The translations under genes were made by a program, and so were the position numbers. Under the pieces are notes generated by a model. It did no database searches, was not told where the DNA came from, and saw nothing but the letters and a program-made list of their open reading frames with translations. DNA of 64,000 nucleotides from Naegleria gruberi. Its lineage: Eukaryota. Position 1 is the first letter of the stretch; each line of letters opens with the position of its first letter. Where the stretch lies: assembly GCA_000004985.1 (NCBI GenBank), contig GG738872.1. One strand, 5' to 3'. Positions 10,087 through 22,215 of the stretch are shown here, in pieces.

Positions 10087-11991
10087 ATGGCGAAACTGTT
10101 GCAACAGCACAATCATTTCATTAGCTCATACGTGCTGATGGTCGCGATTTTATTTATTGTCGTTGTCTTGATGATGAGTGGCCAAGACATGAATCAGGTC
10201 GAGGCAAAAATACAACTTCAAACAACCTGTTGTTGTCCTGCACAATTTAATTCTACCATTGTATTGAGTGGTGGTGGTGAAAAAGATGTGCATGTTGTAA
10301 ATCCATCACACGATTTGATATTTAGCTATTCTACTTATGAAGCTCTTTCATTGCCAACTTATGAATGGAAATCCACTGATATTGATTTGAGTGGTTTGGC
10401 TTGTAATAGAAGTTTCCTTATAATTCCCAAGACTAAACTTATGCTATTTGAAAAACAATTAACTGTTCAATTGATCATTAGAGAAGGTTGCTCAAAGATC
10501 TCTAATCCTTCAATTTCCTTCACTTTGAATACACCTCCAAGTGTTGGAACCTTGTCAATTACTCCAAGCAGTGGTGTTGCTTTGGAAACTGTTTTCACCT
10601 TGACATGTAACGGTTCTTCAGTTTCTAATAATCCTCTTACCTACAGATTCTTTTACTTGGACGAATCCAATTCAGTATGGAAGCCACTAAACGAAAGAAA
10701 TCAAGATTCAACTCTCAGTTCCACTCTCCCTCTTGGATCCAATTCAAGCAGCACACAAGTTTTGAATATCAAGGTTATTGTTTATGATTCTGTACTTGTT
10801 TCCTCTGAAAAGCAAATGACTGTCATTGTCTACAAACCTTCCTCAATCAGCAATACTACACTGTCTGACATGTTACAAAAGGCCAGCTCCAAATCAGTTT
10901 CGTCCTCCTATATTTCATCCACTTTGGATGCAATTACATTTTTTATTGCATCATCCACCAATGTCCCTAGCAATATGAAACAAATTATGAGTGCAATCAA
11001 TGCAGTTGTCGTTTCCTATGTTGATACTCTTCAAAATATTGGTCAATTCACATCTGATAATGGTATTTCCACTGTTTCTGCCATCTCTTCAATCAGCTCA
11101 TGTGTGGAATATGTTCAAGATGCAGAAAGTACATCTTCTATCATTAAGAAATTGAGAAATTTGACAGAGGAAGCAGCAACTAGCAGTTCTTTCACCTTGG
11201 ATGATGATTATTTGTATCTCATACAAAAGACAGCAAACAAATTCCTTCTCCATGTAAAATCATCCAATGATTTAAAAGAAATTGAAAATATTTACCCATT
11301 AGTTGGTAAATCTTTCATGAAAAAGTCTGTTCCAGATATGCCAGCAATTACCTTTTCTAATACCATTCAAATATGTTATTGGAGAAAGGTATTGGTTTCA
11401 TCCTTGACAAGCATTGTTGGAGAATCCATTGATAATAACGGAAATAAGATTTCAATACAATCTGGATTAGCAACACACCCGTCAGTTTCACAATTGAACT
11501 ACATTACATTAGCTTTGAAAACTGAATCCCCTACCGACAGGTTAATCTTTGACTTTTCAATACTTGAATTTGATAATGTCTCATCAGATAAGAGCCTCAT
11601 ATCAGTATTCTTTGATACCACTTTTCCTTTCTACTATTGTTCCTATTGGGATAATGCATGGAATCAGACAGTGGCTGGAGGTGCTTGTAATATTAATTAC
11701 TCAGGAAAAAGTTCAATTGGCACCATCTCTGCATCAATTGAAAAGACTGGTCGATTTTCCATTATCCGTGATCCAGGAGAGGGAGGAGAGAGCTTTATCA
11801 GGAATAATTATGATTTGTTTGCCCTATTTGCATTGTTGATTATTCCAATTGTGTGCATAATTATTGTATTATTGGTGGCCATTTACTTGTTGAGAAAGAG
11901 AAAGATCAAAACCAACTTGGAAAATAATGATGTTGATATTGTGAATGTGCGTGAACCTAAACAAACACTTATCAGTAATCAACACTTTTAA
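10087..11991 (+). CDS. Ser/Thr-rich type I transmembrane glycoprotein (mucin-like): signal peptide, long extracellular region, one C-terminal TM helix and a short basic tail.
   Basis: The first ATG is at 10087 (track 'M' at 10051 is TTG): [32 protein letters not shown] is the signal. There are many N-x-S/T sites and S/T-rich stretches. C-terminal [28 protein letters not shown] followed by RKRKIKT. No convincing domain match. Confidence 0.5.
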
Positions 11992-12069
11992 AAATATAAA
12001 TCAAAATCATGTAATTAACAAATCCTTAATAAAAATAAACTGTTTTAGTAAAGATCTTAATTAAAAAAT

Positions 12070-12459
12070 ATGATATCACGAATTTCTATATCAAATCATA
12101 AGTTAACATCCCTCTCTCATTGTAAGGCCTCTCTCAACTGTTCAAGATTAACCTTTCCAGCCGTAATAGTATCAATTAGTACTGACCTATCAGAAAGAGT
12201 AATGATATCTGCCTTAGTTGCCGATCTCACTTTCAGTAAGGTGGAAGGAACCCTCTCCTTGCCAATTCCAACCACTGTCAAAGCTGAAGGAAAAGCTGTA
12301 ATTGACTATGATAATGTGGTCTATATGGTTGCAGCAGGCATTCTTGCAGTCTGGTTAACTTCAACTTTGGTGGGAACTTTTTTGATTGTCTTGGTCAGCT
12401 TGATTGGTGCTTTGTGTTGCTACAGAAAGAGAAAGAGACTCTCTCCTATGAACAGTTAA
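12070..12459 (+). CDS. Small predicted single-pass membrane protein, 129 aa; it may be a paralogous fragment or a downstream exon of the mucin-like gene.
   Basis: ATG at 12070. C-terminal TM AAGILAVWLTSTLVGTFLIVLVSLIGALCC followed by YRKRKRL. It shares the TM-plus-RKRK tail architecture with the gene ending at 11991. Confidence 0.3.
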   Translation: MISRISISNHKLTSLSHCKASLNCSRLTFPAVIVSISTDLSERVMISALVADLTFSKVEGTLSLPIPTTVKAEGKAVIDYDNVVYMVAAGILAVWLTSTLVGTFLIVLVSLIGALCCYRKRKRLSPMNS

Positions 12460-12460
12460 T

Positions 12461-13153
12461 TTATTTCAAATACATGCCATATTCTTCATCATATTCTGCA
12501 ATGTACTGATCTATTTCATCTTCTTCCTCATCTTCCAAATTTTCACCACTAGTTGTCTTTAGTAAGGTACTTGCTTTGGATTTTTCCAAACTGATGGATG
12601 GTTTTGAATTCTTCTTCTTTTTCTTTTTAATTTCCGCACCTTGGGATGTTTCATCAATAGGTTCTGTAGGATTTAAGTAAGAATCGATAATTGGGAAAAT
12701 TTCCTTAGAGGTGATCAGATCAATTCTCTTATTCTTATCCCAAAATACATGTTCATCTCTATAGATCAAACTCTGAATACGATGTTGAGGCAAATCTTCC
12801 TTCAATTCACTATTCTCATATTCACTGTAAGAGATGAACACATCTCCTTCAAAACGATCCTTATAGATCATGGCTAAATTTTGCATGACATCTGCCAATG
12901 ATTCATCCCAATTCAAACGATCAATCACCTCTTTGCATGTTTGAAAACGTTCCTTTTTCTGATTCATCAATTCTTCTTCCTCCTTTGAAAGTGGAGAAGA
13001 GCCACTACTTTTCTTGTAATATTCCATCATGGAAGGAGAGGAGGAGAGATGACTCGGAGAGGAAGAAATTACATCAGAATTTGCATTGGAAGATGATCTA
13101 GATCTTGACGATGAAGAAGAAGGTTGAATAAAACGAGGAATACTTTGGGACAT
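12461..13153 (-). CDS. Hypothetical protein, 230 aa, with a Ser-rich N-terminus and an acidic C-terminus.
   Basis: ATG at 13153..13151: MSQSIPRFIQPSSSSSRSRSSS... No recognisable domain. Convergent with the preceding gene; the stops are 2 bp apart. Confidence 0.45.
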   Translation of the reverse strand: MSQSIPRFIQPSSSSSRSRSSSNANSDVISSSPSHLSSSPSMMEYYKKSSGSSPLSKEEEELMNQKKERFQTCKEVIDRLNWDESLADVMQNLAMIYKDRFEGDVFISYSEYENSELKEDLPQHRIQSLIYRDEHVFWDKNKRIDLITSKEIFPIIDSYLNPTEPIDETSQGAEIKKKKKKNSKPSISLEKSKASTLLKTTSGENLEDEEEDEIDQYIAEYDEEYGMYLK

Positions 13154-13964
13154 TTTCTACTATTAACTTGTTGATATCGGAAGGATGAGAATTTTCTATA
13201 CAAAATACTAATACTAATAATAATACTATAAATTACAAAATATAATACACTCTAATGTTACAAAATATATTGATAACTAAAAAACAAAAAAAGTTCTTCT
13301 TTGAATATTGTACAAGAGATAAGTAGGAATTTAAAGCAAAACTAGAATGATGAAAAAATCAAGTCTATGCTTTTTTTTTGAATTTTTTATTTAAAATTAA
13401 AAATAACTTTTGTTTTTATGGATGATGTAAATCAATGAAGATCTTTCAAGGTTGTAAACGTTTGATCAAACTTGAATTTGATTCGTTGTGAGTGAAATTG
13501 AGGAAATGGAAAATTCATAACAAATATCTGATTTGCTTATTACATTTTTTGCATTATACAAAGTGAATGATTTGATTCCCTATCAATTATTAATTGGCTG
13601 AACTCATATCTTCTCCTTCAATCTCCTCTTCGAATTAATAACCTCAAAATTCCAATAAAGTATGAATTGACCGAGACATCATATTCAATAAAAGGTGATT
13701 CAATTTCCATACTAAATTTTCGCTTCATTTATAAAATAGGCAAAATTTTGCAAGCATTTATATTTTTACTGTCTAGATTTGTACCTGATTCGAACCATTT
13801 TAACTATTGACAAGAATACGAATCAAGTAATAACATACACCCATTGCTTGTATCAACCCATTTATCCCATTCTTCCTTAAATTCAACAACATCGAGCTGG
13901 AGACAGAGAGTATGATGATTCGAAACTGAAAATAGAGGATGCAATGAGGGAGGAGAATGCATCG

Positions 13965-14681
13965 TTATTGAAGATGGTGCTTTGTGTGGAAATGTTGTTC
14001 TTGTGGGTGAATTGGAGGTATTGGGGCATGTTGTTTCGTTAGGTTTAGTTTTGTTGTTGAAGAAACGTTATGGAAAGAGGTGAAAGAGTTAGTTTGGAAA
14101 GTTTCTAATAGATTAGCCTCATCTTGTTGAATAGAATTTGAGAAATTGGTGGGTGTATTGTTGGAAAGTCCACATTCAGAGGAAGTATTACATGCTCCAA
14201 CAATAGAATCATCATGATTCGAATAGCTATTAGAAAAATCAGGTGAATGTATTCTCATCTTTTTAGATTTACCAATCTTTGAATTATTGAAAGACAAGCA
14301 ATCAGGTGAGCATGCTGTATTAATAAATTCCAATGATGAAGAACAAGCAGAATGTTTCTTGACAGCTGCTTTACGTTTGACATTTTCCTTCACATCAGCT
14401 CTCTTTGCAAGAACAGATGCTCTCTTTGACGGATCTGATCCAACAAAAGCACCACTCTCTATATTTTCATCTCCACAAACTCTGTACACTGAAAATTGGC
14501 CATCATTTAAACTTGGCTTACATGTGTCATCATGTTGATGTGTGGCAGGTTGTGCAGATGATGAATTAACACTTAGCACAAAATAATTCTTCAACAGGTT
14601 TGGAATAACTAGCTGTCTTCTGATTCTAACCTTCTTGAGAGCACTGGTTGATGTCTTTTCATTTCTAACAACATTTGACAT
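13965..14681 (-). CDS. Hypothetical Ser-rich, low-complexity protein of 238 aa.
   Basis: ATG at 14681..14679. The sequence is dominated by S/N/T tracts with no domain signature. Coding status rests on ORF length alone. Confidence 0.35.
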   Translation of the reverse strand: MSNVVRNEKTSTSALKKVRIRRQLVIPNLLKNYFVLSVNSSSAQPATHQHDDTCKPSLNDGQFSVYRVCGDENIESGAFVGSDPSKRASVLAKRADVKENVKRKAAVKKHSACSSSLEFINTACSPDCLSFNNSKIGKSKKMRIHSPDFSNSYSNHDDSIVGACNTSSECGLSNNTPTNFSNSIQQDEANLLETFQTNSFTSFHNVSSTTKLNLTKQHAPIPPIHPQEQHFHTKHHLQ

Positions 14682-16075
14682 TTTCTCGTATTAATTGTTT
14701 GTTGTTTTTTTGATTTTTGGAAAGTAAATAAACAGCATCTCGTTTAAATGCCAAGATATTGACGCACAAACACACAGAAAAATCCGCCAGGTGTCAACGC
14801 CAGTTGTCGTTTCAACATATTTTCAAATGGTTTGTGTTGGCTGATGCTACGGATACTAAAACTTCTTTGGGTATCAAGCATCCTCAATACGCCTCAATTA
14901 ACTGTTTGGTCATGTAACACAAAAAAGGAAAGTATGAATGTCATGTTTGTTTTGTTGGGGGAACACTTGGGTTACAATTTAAGATGGAAAAAAGGTTAGA
15001 GGTGGTTTTCTGGTATTTGAGATGTGATGCTTTGCTCAATTGAGAATGTGCTTTGTAATTTCTAACAAGATCTATTGGAACTATCATTAAAATAACTTGA
15101 GGTATTCTTCAATGCTGTTGTGTATTGAAAACAGTAGAATGTTTGGATTGGCAGTAAATTGGTTGCAGTGTTGATGAGGAGGAATTAATGATCGGATCTC
15201 TTGTTGTGAATGGAAATAAAAAAATACTAATCCATACAACTAAACATCGTATTGACCGAGAGACAAACTCTTTTAAGGGTTTCAATAATATGAATGCTAA
15301 TCTAATTGTTAATGAAATCTCTTAGGAGAAGCCTAATTAATATTTTCTGAGCCAATCAACAACAGTTAAACAAAGCGAATTTCCAATAAAGAGTCTGAAC
15401 ATGTGGGATTAATCTCCCTCCTCACAATGAATCCTAATTGTACGAGTTTGTCCTCATCAATTTTAGTTCTTGATCCCAATCCTCAAATTTGGATTAATTG
15501 GTGCACATTTTAAATTATTGTATTCGAATCTTTCACAAGTTGTCAATGTGTTGATATTTGATAAGTAGAATTGTAATAAGGACAATTTTGCAATTGGTCA
15601 TGCATTCTTTTCTCAGATATTAAATGTGAAATCTTCTATTGTAAAAGGATGACAATATCATGTCAATACCCAACAATACCGTTTCATAAATGTAAAAATA
15701 TATAATTGTAAACCGCCCAAGTTGAGATGAGTCTTTTTCACATGATGATTCCTTTAACCGGATTCCAATATTCCATTCCAATCAGCAAAATAGCTTATTC
15801 CTCTTCCATTCCATTCATTGAATAAACACTTGAATGCTAATCTACAGTTCATCATTTACAATTAAGATTGAAATCTGTACAGTTCTGTAAAACTGTCTAA
15901 TAATTAAGGTAATGAGGAATAGTTTTTTAAATTGTATTGCAATTTGAATCACTGAACCCAGAACATCTTATTATTCTAAGGCTTACAACTTTGTTTCAGA
16001 ATGGTGCAGTGCAAACTTTGGCAATAACTTAACAGAAACCTCCCACCATGATTATAATAAGAGGAATGAACATTT

Positions 16076-16120
16076 AGTATTATTTAATAATTATTTGCAA
16101 TTTAATTATTAAATAATACT
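16076..16120. repeat. Perfect AT-only inverted repeat with 18-nt arms and a 9-nt spacer, inside the ORF-free region upstream of eIF2-gamma.
   Basis: agtattatttaataatta | tttgcaatt | taattattaaataatact. The arms are exact reverse complements. Confidence 0.6.
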
Positions 16121-16670
16121 AAATTAATTCACTATCGACAAGCAAAAAAGTTGCTGGTTAATAATAATATTTTCCATAGTACGGTGATGAATTGAACAAG
16201 TTATGTATCTTGTTTGAGAGTACAAAATGAAGTAAAAGAAAGCATTTGGAAATTTACCATGATAACACTGTTCGGTAATATTAAAAATTATTAATAAATT
16301 CAACCTCCAAATTGTGTTATTTTCATCATTTTCCTCCACATTCCAAGCGCAACTGGTAATTGAAAAAATCAGAGAAGTAATAATTGCCAAGGTTGCAAAT
16401 AACAAGCTTGTTCAATTTATTAATAATTTTTTAAAGCCTTTTAATACTGAGGGTCACAACATTGTAAATTTATTCTTCATTTTATTTTGTGCCTTGAAAA
16501 AAATATTCTCTCGTCGCGCAACAACAACTCACGTCGTCTTCTATTGAATTTGTGTTTTTCTTCTACTAGTAATTATTTAAAGCAGCAGAACAACAATAAC
16601 ATCATCAAACGAAGAACAATTTTTTTAAAAAACGAAGGAATATATAACAATATACAACAACAACAACAAG

Positions 16671-18266
16671 ATGGCTACTAATCTTTACGATCCTGTAATA
16701 GGAGACGAATTAAATTATAAAGGTGTGATGCTTCCACCACCATTCAGCGAAGCTAAAGTAAATTCAGAGGATGGCTTGTTGGAACAAAATCCACAAATCG
16801 ACCCAAAGAAACTTCATCCATTGACTCCAGAAGTTATTTCTCGTCAAGCTACTATTAACATTGGTACTATTGGACACGTCGCCCACGGTAAATCCACAGT
16901 CGTCAGAGCTATTTCTGGTGTTAAGACTATTCGTTTCAAGAATGAAATGGTTCGTAACATTACCATCAAGCTTGGTTATGCCAATGCCAAGATTTTCTTG
17001 TGTAGAGATCCTAAATGTCCAAGACCAGAATGTTATACATCACAAGGTTCTAACCATTGCGATCATTTCCCATGTGAAGTTGATGATTTCAAGGGTGAAT
17101 ATGAATTGGTTAGACACGTTTCTTTTGTCGATTGTCCAGGTCACGATATTCTCATGGCTACCATGTTGAACGGTGCCGCTGTCATGGATGCCGCTCTTTT
17201 ATTAATTGCTGGTAATGAACCATGTCCTCAACCACAAACATCAGAACATTTAGCTGCTGTAGAAATTATGAAATTGAAACATATTATTATTTTACAAAAT
17301 AAGATTGACTTGGTAAAGGAATCTGATGCTTTGAATCAATTTGATGAAATCAAACGTTTCGTTAAGGGAACTGTTGCTGATAATTCACCAATTATTCCAA
17401 TTTCTGCCCAATTGAAATACAATATTGACGTCGTTTGTGAACACATTGTGAAACGTATCCCAATTCCAATCCGTGATTTTACAAGCTCACCAAGATTGAT
17501 TGTCATTCGTAGTTTTGACGTTAACAAGCCAGGTGAAGCTGTTGAAAATCTTAAGGGTGGTGTTGCTGGTGGTTCTATTCTCAGAGGTGTTTTGAGGATT
17601 GGAGATGAAATTGAAGTTCGTCCAGGTATTGTGACTAAGGAAAAGGACGGTACTATCAAATGTAAACCAATTACAAGCAAAATTGTCAGTTTGTTCGCTG
17701 AAGAAAATGCTTTGCAATATGCTGTACCAGGTGGTTTGATTGGTGTTGGTACAAAGATTGATCCAACTCTTACTCGTGCCGATCGTTTGGTAGGTCAAGT
17801 TCTTGGTGAAGTTGGTAAATTACCAGAAGTTTACACTGAATTGGAAATTTCATACTTTTTACTTAGAAGACTTTTGGGTGTCAAGACTGACAATGAAAAG
17901 AAAGGAAAGATTCAAAAATTGCAAAAGGGTGAAGTCCTCATGATCAACATAGGTTCAACATCATCAGGTGGTAAAATCGTTGCTGTTAAGGCTGACTTGA
18001 CAAAGATTGTCCTTACTCAACCAGTTTGTACAGAAGTCGGTGAAAAGTTGGCTCTTTCCAGAAGAGTTGATAACCACTGGAGATTGATTGGTTGGGGTAG
18101 TATTGTCAGATTGAGCTCTGAACAAACAAAGCACGGTTTAGGTTTGGATATCAGTGGATCTGGTCTCAGAGAAAGTGGCTTGAATACTGAAGATATTAAC
18201 ACTGAAGTCGTCGAAGAAGAGCAAGCAGAAGATGAACAAGCCGACGAACAAGCTGATGAAGAGTAA
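16671..18266 (+). CDS. EIF2S3: Translation initiation factor eIF2 gamma subunit, 531 aa, single exon, with an acidic C-terminal extension.
   Basis: [14 protein letters not shown] (G1), DCPGH (G3) and NKID (G4). The zinc-knuckle region is [25 protein letters not shown]. Collinear with eIF2-gamma/GCD11 over the full length. Tail [17 protein letters not shown]. Leader caacaagATG. Confidence 0.9.
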   Translation: MATNLYDPVIGDELNYKGVMLPPPFSEAKVNSEDGLLEQNPQIDPKKLHPLTPEVISRQATINIGTIGHVAHGKSTVVRAISGVKTIRFKNEMVRNITIKLGYANAKIFLCRDPKCPRPECYTSQGSNHCDHFPCEVDDFKGEYELVRHVSFVDCPGHDILMATMLNGAAVMDAALLLIAGNEPCPQPQTSEHLAAVEIMKLKHIIILQNKIDLVKESDALNQFDEIKRFVKGTVADNSPIIPISAQLKYNIDVVCEHIVKRIPIPIRDFTSSPRLIVIRSFDVNKPGEAVENLKGGVAGGSILRGVLRIGDEIEVRPGIVTKEKDGTIKCKPITSKIVSLFAEENALQYAVPGGLIGVGTKIDPTLTRADRLVGQVLGEVGKLPEVYTELEISYFLLRRLLGVKTDNEKKGKIQKLQKGEVLMINIGSTSSGGKIVAVKADLTKIVLTQPVCTEVGEKLALSRRVDNHWRLIGWGSIVRLSSEQTKHGLGLDISGSGLRESGLNTEDINTEVVEEEQAEDEQADEQADEE

Positions 18267-18419
18267 ATTAATTACCTATTTTGTATCTATTAATCCTTAA
18301 AATAAAAAATATAAAAAAATTTTCTTTAAATTCTTTTGTTGTTTCCTTATTTTGGAGCAGACCGAACATTGACAGTATTGTAATCAAAATCCAACAATTG
18401 TTGTAGAAATTCAAAAAAT

Positions 18420-21400
18420 TTATTCATCATCTTCCATTGAATCAGAGTCTTCACCTTCTTCCTCTTCATCTTCGCCTTCATCATCTTCTGCTCCTTCTGT
18501 AATTTCATCACAAGACATGTCGCTCTTTGGAGCTGATACTGTTACACCCAATTCTGTGGCAAGATATTCCTTGAGTGAGGAGTAGGTCTTTAGATATCCA
18601 ATCTTTTCCAAATCATCTTTAATTGGATATTCATTTGAAATCTTTCCTGCATTATCACAAATGAACAAGGCACCTTCATTTTCAAGGAAGAGTGGCAACA
18701 AGTATTGCTTGATAACTCTCTTCACATCGCTCACTGTTACCTTTCCGATATCTTGGAGATTTTCGTAAAAGTTTCTTGGTCCATTAAACAAGGTGTTGGT
18801 TAAGAATCGAGAGTAGGCAGCTGAAATAATAGTCTCTGCATTATTCAATTTTTCAACAACTGTGGTTGCCTTGGCAGGTTCGAGTGCAGATTCATTAAGC
18901 TTCAAGACATTTTCACTTGGTTCTTCATCAGAGCAAACAGCTTCAATAATTGCCTTTGATTCAGCATAGGCCTTGGAAACATTTCCAACACGAGACAAAT
19001 ACAGGCCTACTGATCCCTTATCTACATTACTAATGATGGAGTAACCATAACACAATCCTTTACCTCTGAGTTTGACCCAGAATGGTCCTTCTTCGCCAGT
19101 CAAAAAGTTAATGGCAACACTTAGAGAATGTCTGTCATGATAATTCAAATAATCAGTAATACCCTTATGAACTTTCAAAAGGAATGCAGAATCAGTTGAT
19201 CCCATACCTAATAAAATACCTCTATTAACATGTTCGACATATTCAGTAGTTGATCTACATAATCCATTCATTGATTGGACTCGTGCAGTAGAATCGCAGA
19301 GAGNNNNNNNNNNNNNNNNNNNNNNNNNNNNNNNNNNNNNNNNNNNNNNNNNNNNNNNNNNNNNNNNNNNNNNNNNNNNNNNNNNNNNNNNNNNNNNNNN
19401 NNNNNNNNNNNNNNNNNNNNNNNNNNNNNNNNNNNNNNNNNNNNNNNNNNNNNNNNNNNNNNNNNNNNNNNNNNNNNNNNNNNNNNNNNNNNNNNNNNNN
19501 NNNNNNNNNNNNNNNNNNNNNNNNNNNNNNNNNNNNNNNNNNNNNNNNNNNNNNNNNNNNNNNNNNNNNNNNNNNNNNNNNNNNNNNNNNNNNNNNNNNN
19601 NNNNNNNNNNNNNNNNNNNNNNNNNNNNNNNNNNNNNNNNNNNNNNNNNNNNNNNNNNNNNNNNNNNNNNNNNNNNNNNNNNNNNNNNNNNNNNNNNNNN
19701 NNNNNNNNNNNNNNNNNNNNNNNNNNNNNNNNNNNNNNNNNNNNNNNNNNNNNNNNNNNNNNNNNNNNNNNNNNNNNNNNNNNNNNNNNNNNNNNNNNNN
19801 NNNNNNNNTTGTAAATTCTTACCTCCATCACCACTATCATTATCACCTCCACAAGTGTAAGAGTTAGAAACAGATTCTCTCATGAGACTCATAATGACAT
19901 TTTCCTTCTTGATATATTGACTTGGATCCTCACCAAGTTTCATATCACATGAAAAGTTGAGAGCCAAAAACAAAGGAATGTACATTTTAAGATCGAGTGG
20001 AACATTGCTCGAGTCCATTAAACAGAACATTTCCACAAATCTCGATGCAATAGAAGTAATTTGAAGGAAGAATGGAAGTGGTGAAATGTGATCCTTCAAC
20101 TTTTCAGCAAGCACCTTATCGTATGGTGTTTGAACAAATGAAGGATTATTATCATTTCTATAGGTGGCAATGTGAATCTCCTCAATGCTGTCCAAGGTTG
20201 GGATTGGGAATTTCTCCTTGAGGAATTTTTCATCGATTGGCTTGGTATTGGCCTCTTCAGCTTGTTTGAGACGAGTTTCTAATTCTTTCAATTTGGCTTC
20301 ACCGAGTCTTGTCTTTTGTTCCTCAATTCTCTTAGTATTTTCATCGGCCATATCCTTGGCTTTTTGAGCAGAAGGAGTAGCTCTCAAGACAACATTCTCA
20401 GTGGAGAGAATGTACTTTTCAATCAAGTCCTTCCAGAATTGTTCGTCCTTCTTGGCCAACTCTTCGGAAATGAGATCAACATCGAGAACTTGTCTACAAT
20501 CTTGATTATCAGTGCTGTACAAAAAGTCCTCAATCAAGACACTAGAGAAGGTTTCATGAGGAGAGGTTTCATATGAACGCAAGCTATCCAATCTGTCTCT
20601 ATTAATGACCAACTTGAAATATTCGAGGTCAATCTTTACATTTCTCATAAAATCATAAAACTTTTCCACAATGGTATCATATCTATCTGGTTCAACATTA
20701 ATAAAACAAATCTTGTGGGTATTTTCAAAGGTTCTATCAACAGAAGCATAGACATCTCCACACCAAACATCTCCACTCTCATTCTCTATAAATTCCTTTC
20801 TAATTGGAGCAATATCACCACTAGTGAGTGCACTCCAAACAATATCCAATGCATAGGATGTTGCAAAATCCTTCCAAGGTGTTGCTCTCCAACCAATGGT
20901 AACATAAAATCCAGAATCTTCCTCATCCGATGGATAAACAATGTCTTTAGAGATTGATGAAGTCAACTTTGGAAGTGATTGCTTCCAAATATTCAAATCC
21001 AATTGTGGATTAATAGTTGGTTCTCGGTTCAATACTTTTTGTTCAATAGAATCATTAACAGAGTCAATCAATTCTTCAACAGAAGTGTTACCCACAACAA
21101 TAACATTGAAATTTTGTGGACAATAGTATTCCTTGTGGAATTGCCTAACTTTTTCAATGGTCAATTCTCTCAAATTTGAAACTCTTCCACCAAAATTATA
21201 TTGATATCCTTCACTCTTATCAAACATTAATTCATTAAATACCATATAAATTAATTCATCAGGTGCATTCTCTCTTCCGAGCATTTCATTATATACAACA
21301 CCACTATTCTGACCAGATCCATCAATGTGATGAATTTCAGTGATGAAAGCATTATCACTCAATGTAGGATATAAAATATGATCCAAATAAACTGGTAATA

Positions 21401-21710
21401 ATCTGTAAAATCCTTCCTTTCCTGCTGTTGTCAATTCATAGGTTGTATTAGTATTTTGAGTATATGCATTTGTACCTTGAGCAAAGCATCTATTTGCAAC
21501 CTTATCCAAGATACCCTTGTATGGATATTCTTCACTTCCCATGAAAATTAAATGTTCCAAAACATGAGGAATACCATCATGATCGGCAGGTCTTGTTCTC
21601 ACTGTTAAATAGGCCTTCATAATTGGTGATTGAATTTTGGCCAATGTAATCAACATGCCCGTCTTGATGGATCTATACTTGTAAATGGTACCATAATTTA
21701 AATAATCGAA
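18420..21710 (-). CDS. M16-family zinc metalloprotease (inverted HxxEH, PreP/Cym1-like, over 1000 aa). The N-run 19305..19808 interrupts it and the 5' end lies in the N-run starting at 21711.
   Basis: FDYLNYGTIYKYRSIKTGMLITLAKIQSPIMKAYLTVRTRPADHDGIPHVLEHLIFMGSEEYPYKG. The frame is open from 21710 down to the stop at 18420 with no in-frame stop. Acidic C-terminal tail (EDDEGEDEEEEGEDSDSMEDDE). The in-frame X's are only the N-run. Confidence 0.8.
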   Translation of the reverse strand, partial: FDYLNYGTIYKYRSIKTGMLITLAKIQSPIMKAYLTVRTRPADHDGIPHVLEHLIFMGSEEYPYKGILDKVANRCFAQGTNAYTQNTNTTYELTTAGKEGFYRLLPVYLDHILYPTLSDNAFITEIHHIDGSGQNSGVVYNEMLGRENAPDELIYMVFNELMFDKSEGYQYNFGGRVSNLRELTIEKVRQFHKEYYCPQNFNVIVVGNTSVEELIDSVNDSIEQKVLNREPTINPQLDLNIWKQSLPKLTSSISKDIVYPSDEEDSGFYVTIGWRATPWKDFATSYALDIVWSALTSGDIAPIRKEFIENESGDVWCGDVYASVDRTFENTHKICFINVEPDRYDTIVEKFYDFMRNVKIDLEYFKLVINRDRLDSLRSYETSPHETFSSVLIEDFLYSTDNQDCRQVLDVDLISEELAKKDEQFWKDLIEKYILSTENVVLRATPSAQKAKDMADENTKRIEEQKTRLGEAKLKELETRLKQAEEANTKPIDEKFLKEKFPIPTLDSIEEIHIATYRNDNNPSFVQTPYDKVLAEKLKDHISPLPFFLQITSIASRFVEMFCLMDSSNVPLDLKMYIPLFLALNFSCDMKLGEDPSQYIKKENVIMSLMRESVSNSYTCGGDNDSGDGGKNLQXXXXXXXXXXXXXXXXXXXXXXXXXXXXXXXXXXXXXXXXXXXXXXXXXXXXXXXXXXXXXXXXXXXXXXXXXXXXXXXXXXXXXXXXXXXXXXXXXXXXXXXXXXXXXXXXXXXXXXXXXXXXXXXXXXXXXXXXXXXXXXXXXXXXXXXXXXXXXXXXXXXXXXXXXLCDSTARVQSMNGLCRSTTEYVEHVNRGILLGMGSTDSAFLLKVHKGITDYLNYHDRHSLSVAINFLTGEEGPFWVKLRGKGLCYGYSIISNVDKGSVGLYLSRVGNVSKAYAESKAIIEAVCSDEEPSENVLKLNESALEPAKATTVVEKLNNAETIISAAYSRFLTNTLFNGPRNFYENLQDIGKVTVSDVKRVIKQYLLPLFLENEGALFICDNAGKISNEYPIKDDLEKIGYLKTYSSLKEYLATELGVTVSAPKSDMSCDEITEGAEDDEGEDEEEEGEDSDSMEDDE
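19305..19808. other. Assembly gap or masked segment, 504 N, inside the M16 protease coding region.
   Basis: Run of n characters. Flanking sequence is in frame on both sides only because of the arbitrary N count. Confidence 0.95.
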
Positions 21711-22215
21711 NNNNNNNNNNNNNNNNNNNNNNNNNNNNNNNNNNNNNNNNNNNNNNNNNNNNNNNNNNNNNNNNNNNNNNNNNNNNNNNNNNNNNNNNNN
21801 NNNNNNNNNNNNNNNNNNNNNNNNNNNNNNNNNNNNNNNNNNNNNNNNNNNNNNNNNNNNNNNNNNNNNNNNNNNNNNNNNNNNNNNNNNNNNNNNNNNN
21901 NNNNNNNNNNNNNNNNNNNNNNNNNNNNNNNNNNNNNNNNNNNNNNNNNNNNNNNNNNNNNNNNNNNNNNNNNNNNNNNNNNNNNNNNNNNNNNNNNNNN
22001 NNNNNNNNNNNNNNNNNNNNNNNNNNNNNNNNNNNNNNNNNNNNNNNNNNNNNNNNNNNNNNNNNNNNNNNNNNNNNNNNNNNNNNNNNNNNNNNNNNNN
22101 NNNNNNNNNNNNNNNNNNNNNNNNNNNNNNNNNNNNNNNNNNNNNNNNNNNNNNNNNNNNNNNNNNNNNNNNNNNNNNNNNNNNNNNNNNNNNNNNNNNN
22201 NNNNNNNNNNNNNNN
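21711..22215. other. Assembly gap or masked segment, 505 N, hiding the 5' ends of the divergently oriented M16 protease and cathepsin C genes and their shared promoter.
   Basis: Run of n characters. Both flanking coding frames are still open at the gap edges. Confidence 0.95.

Noticed and set aside
13780-13800. tRNA-like 'ggttcgaatc' T-loop match near 13790 and similar short matches near 44175.
   Set aside because: The surrounding sequence cannot form acceptor, D or anticodon stems. Isolated motif only.
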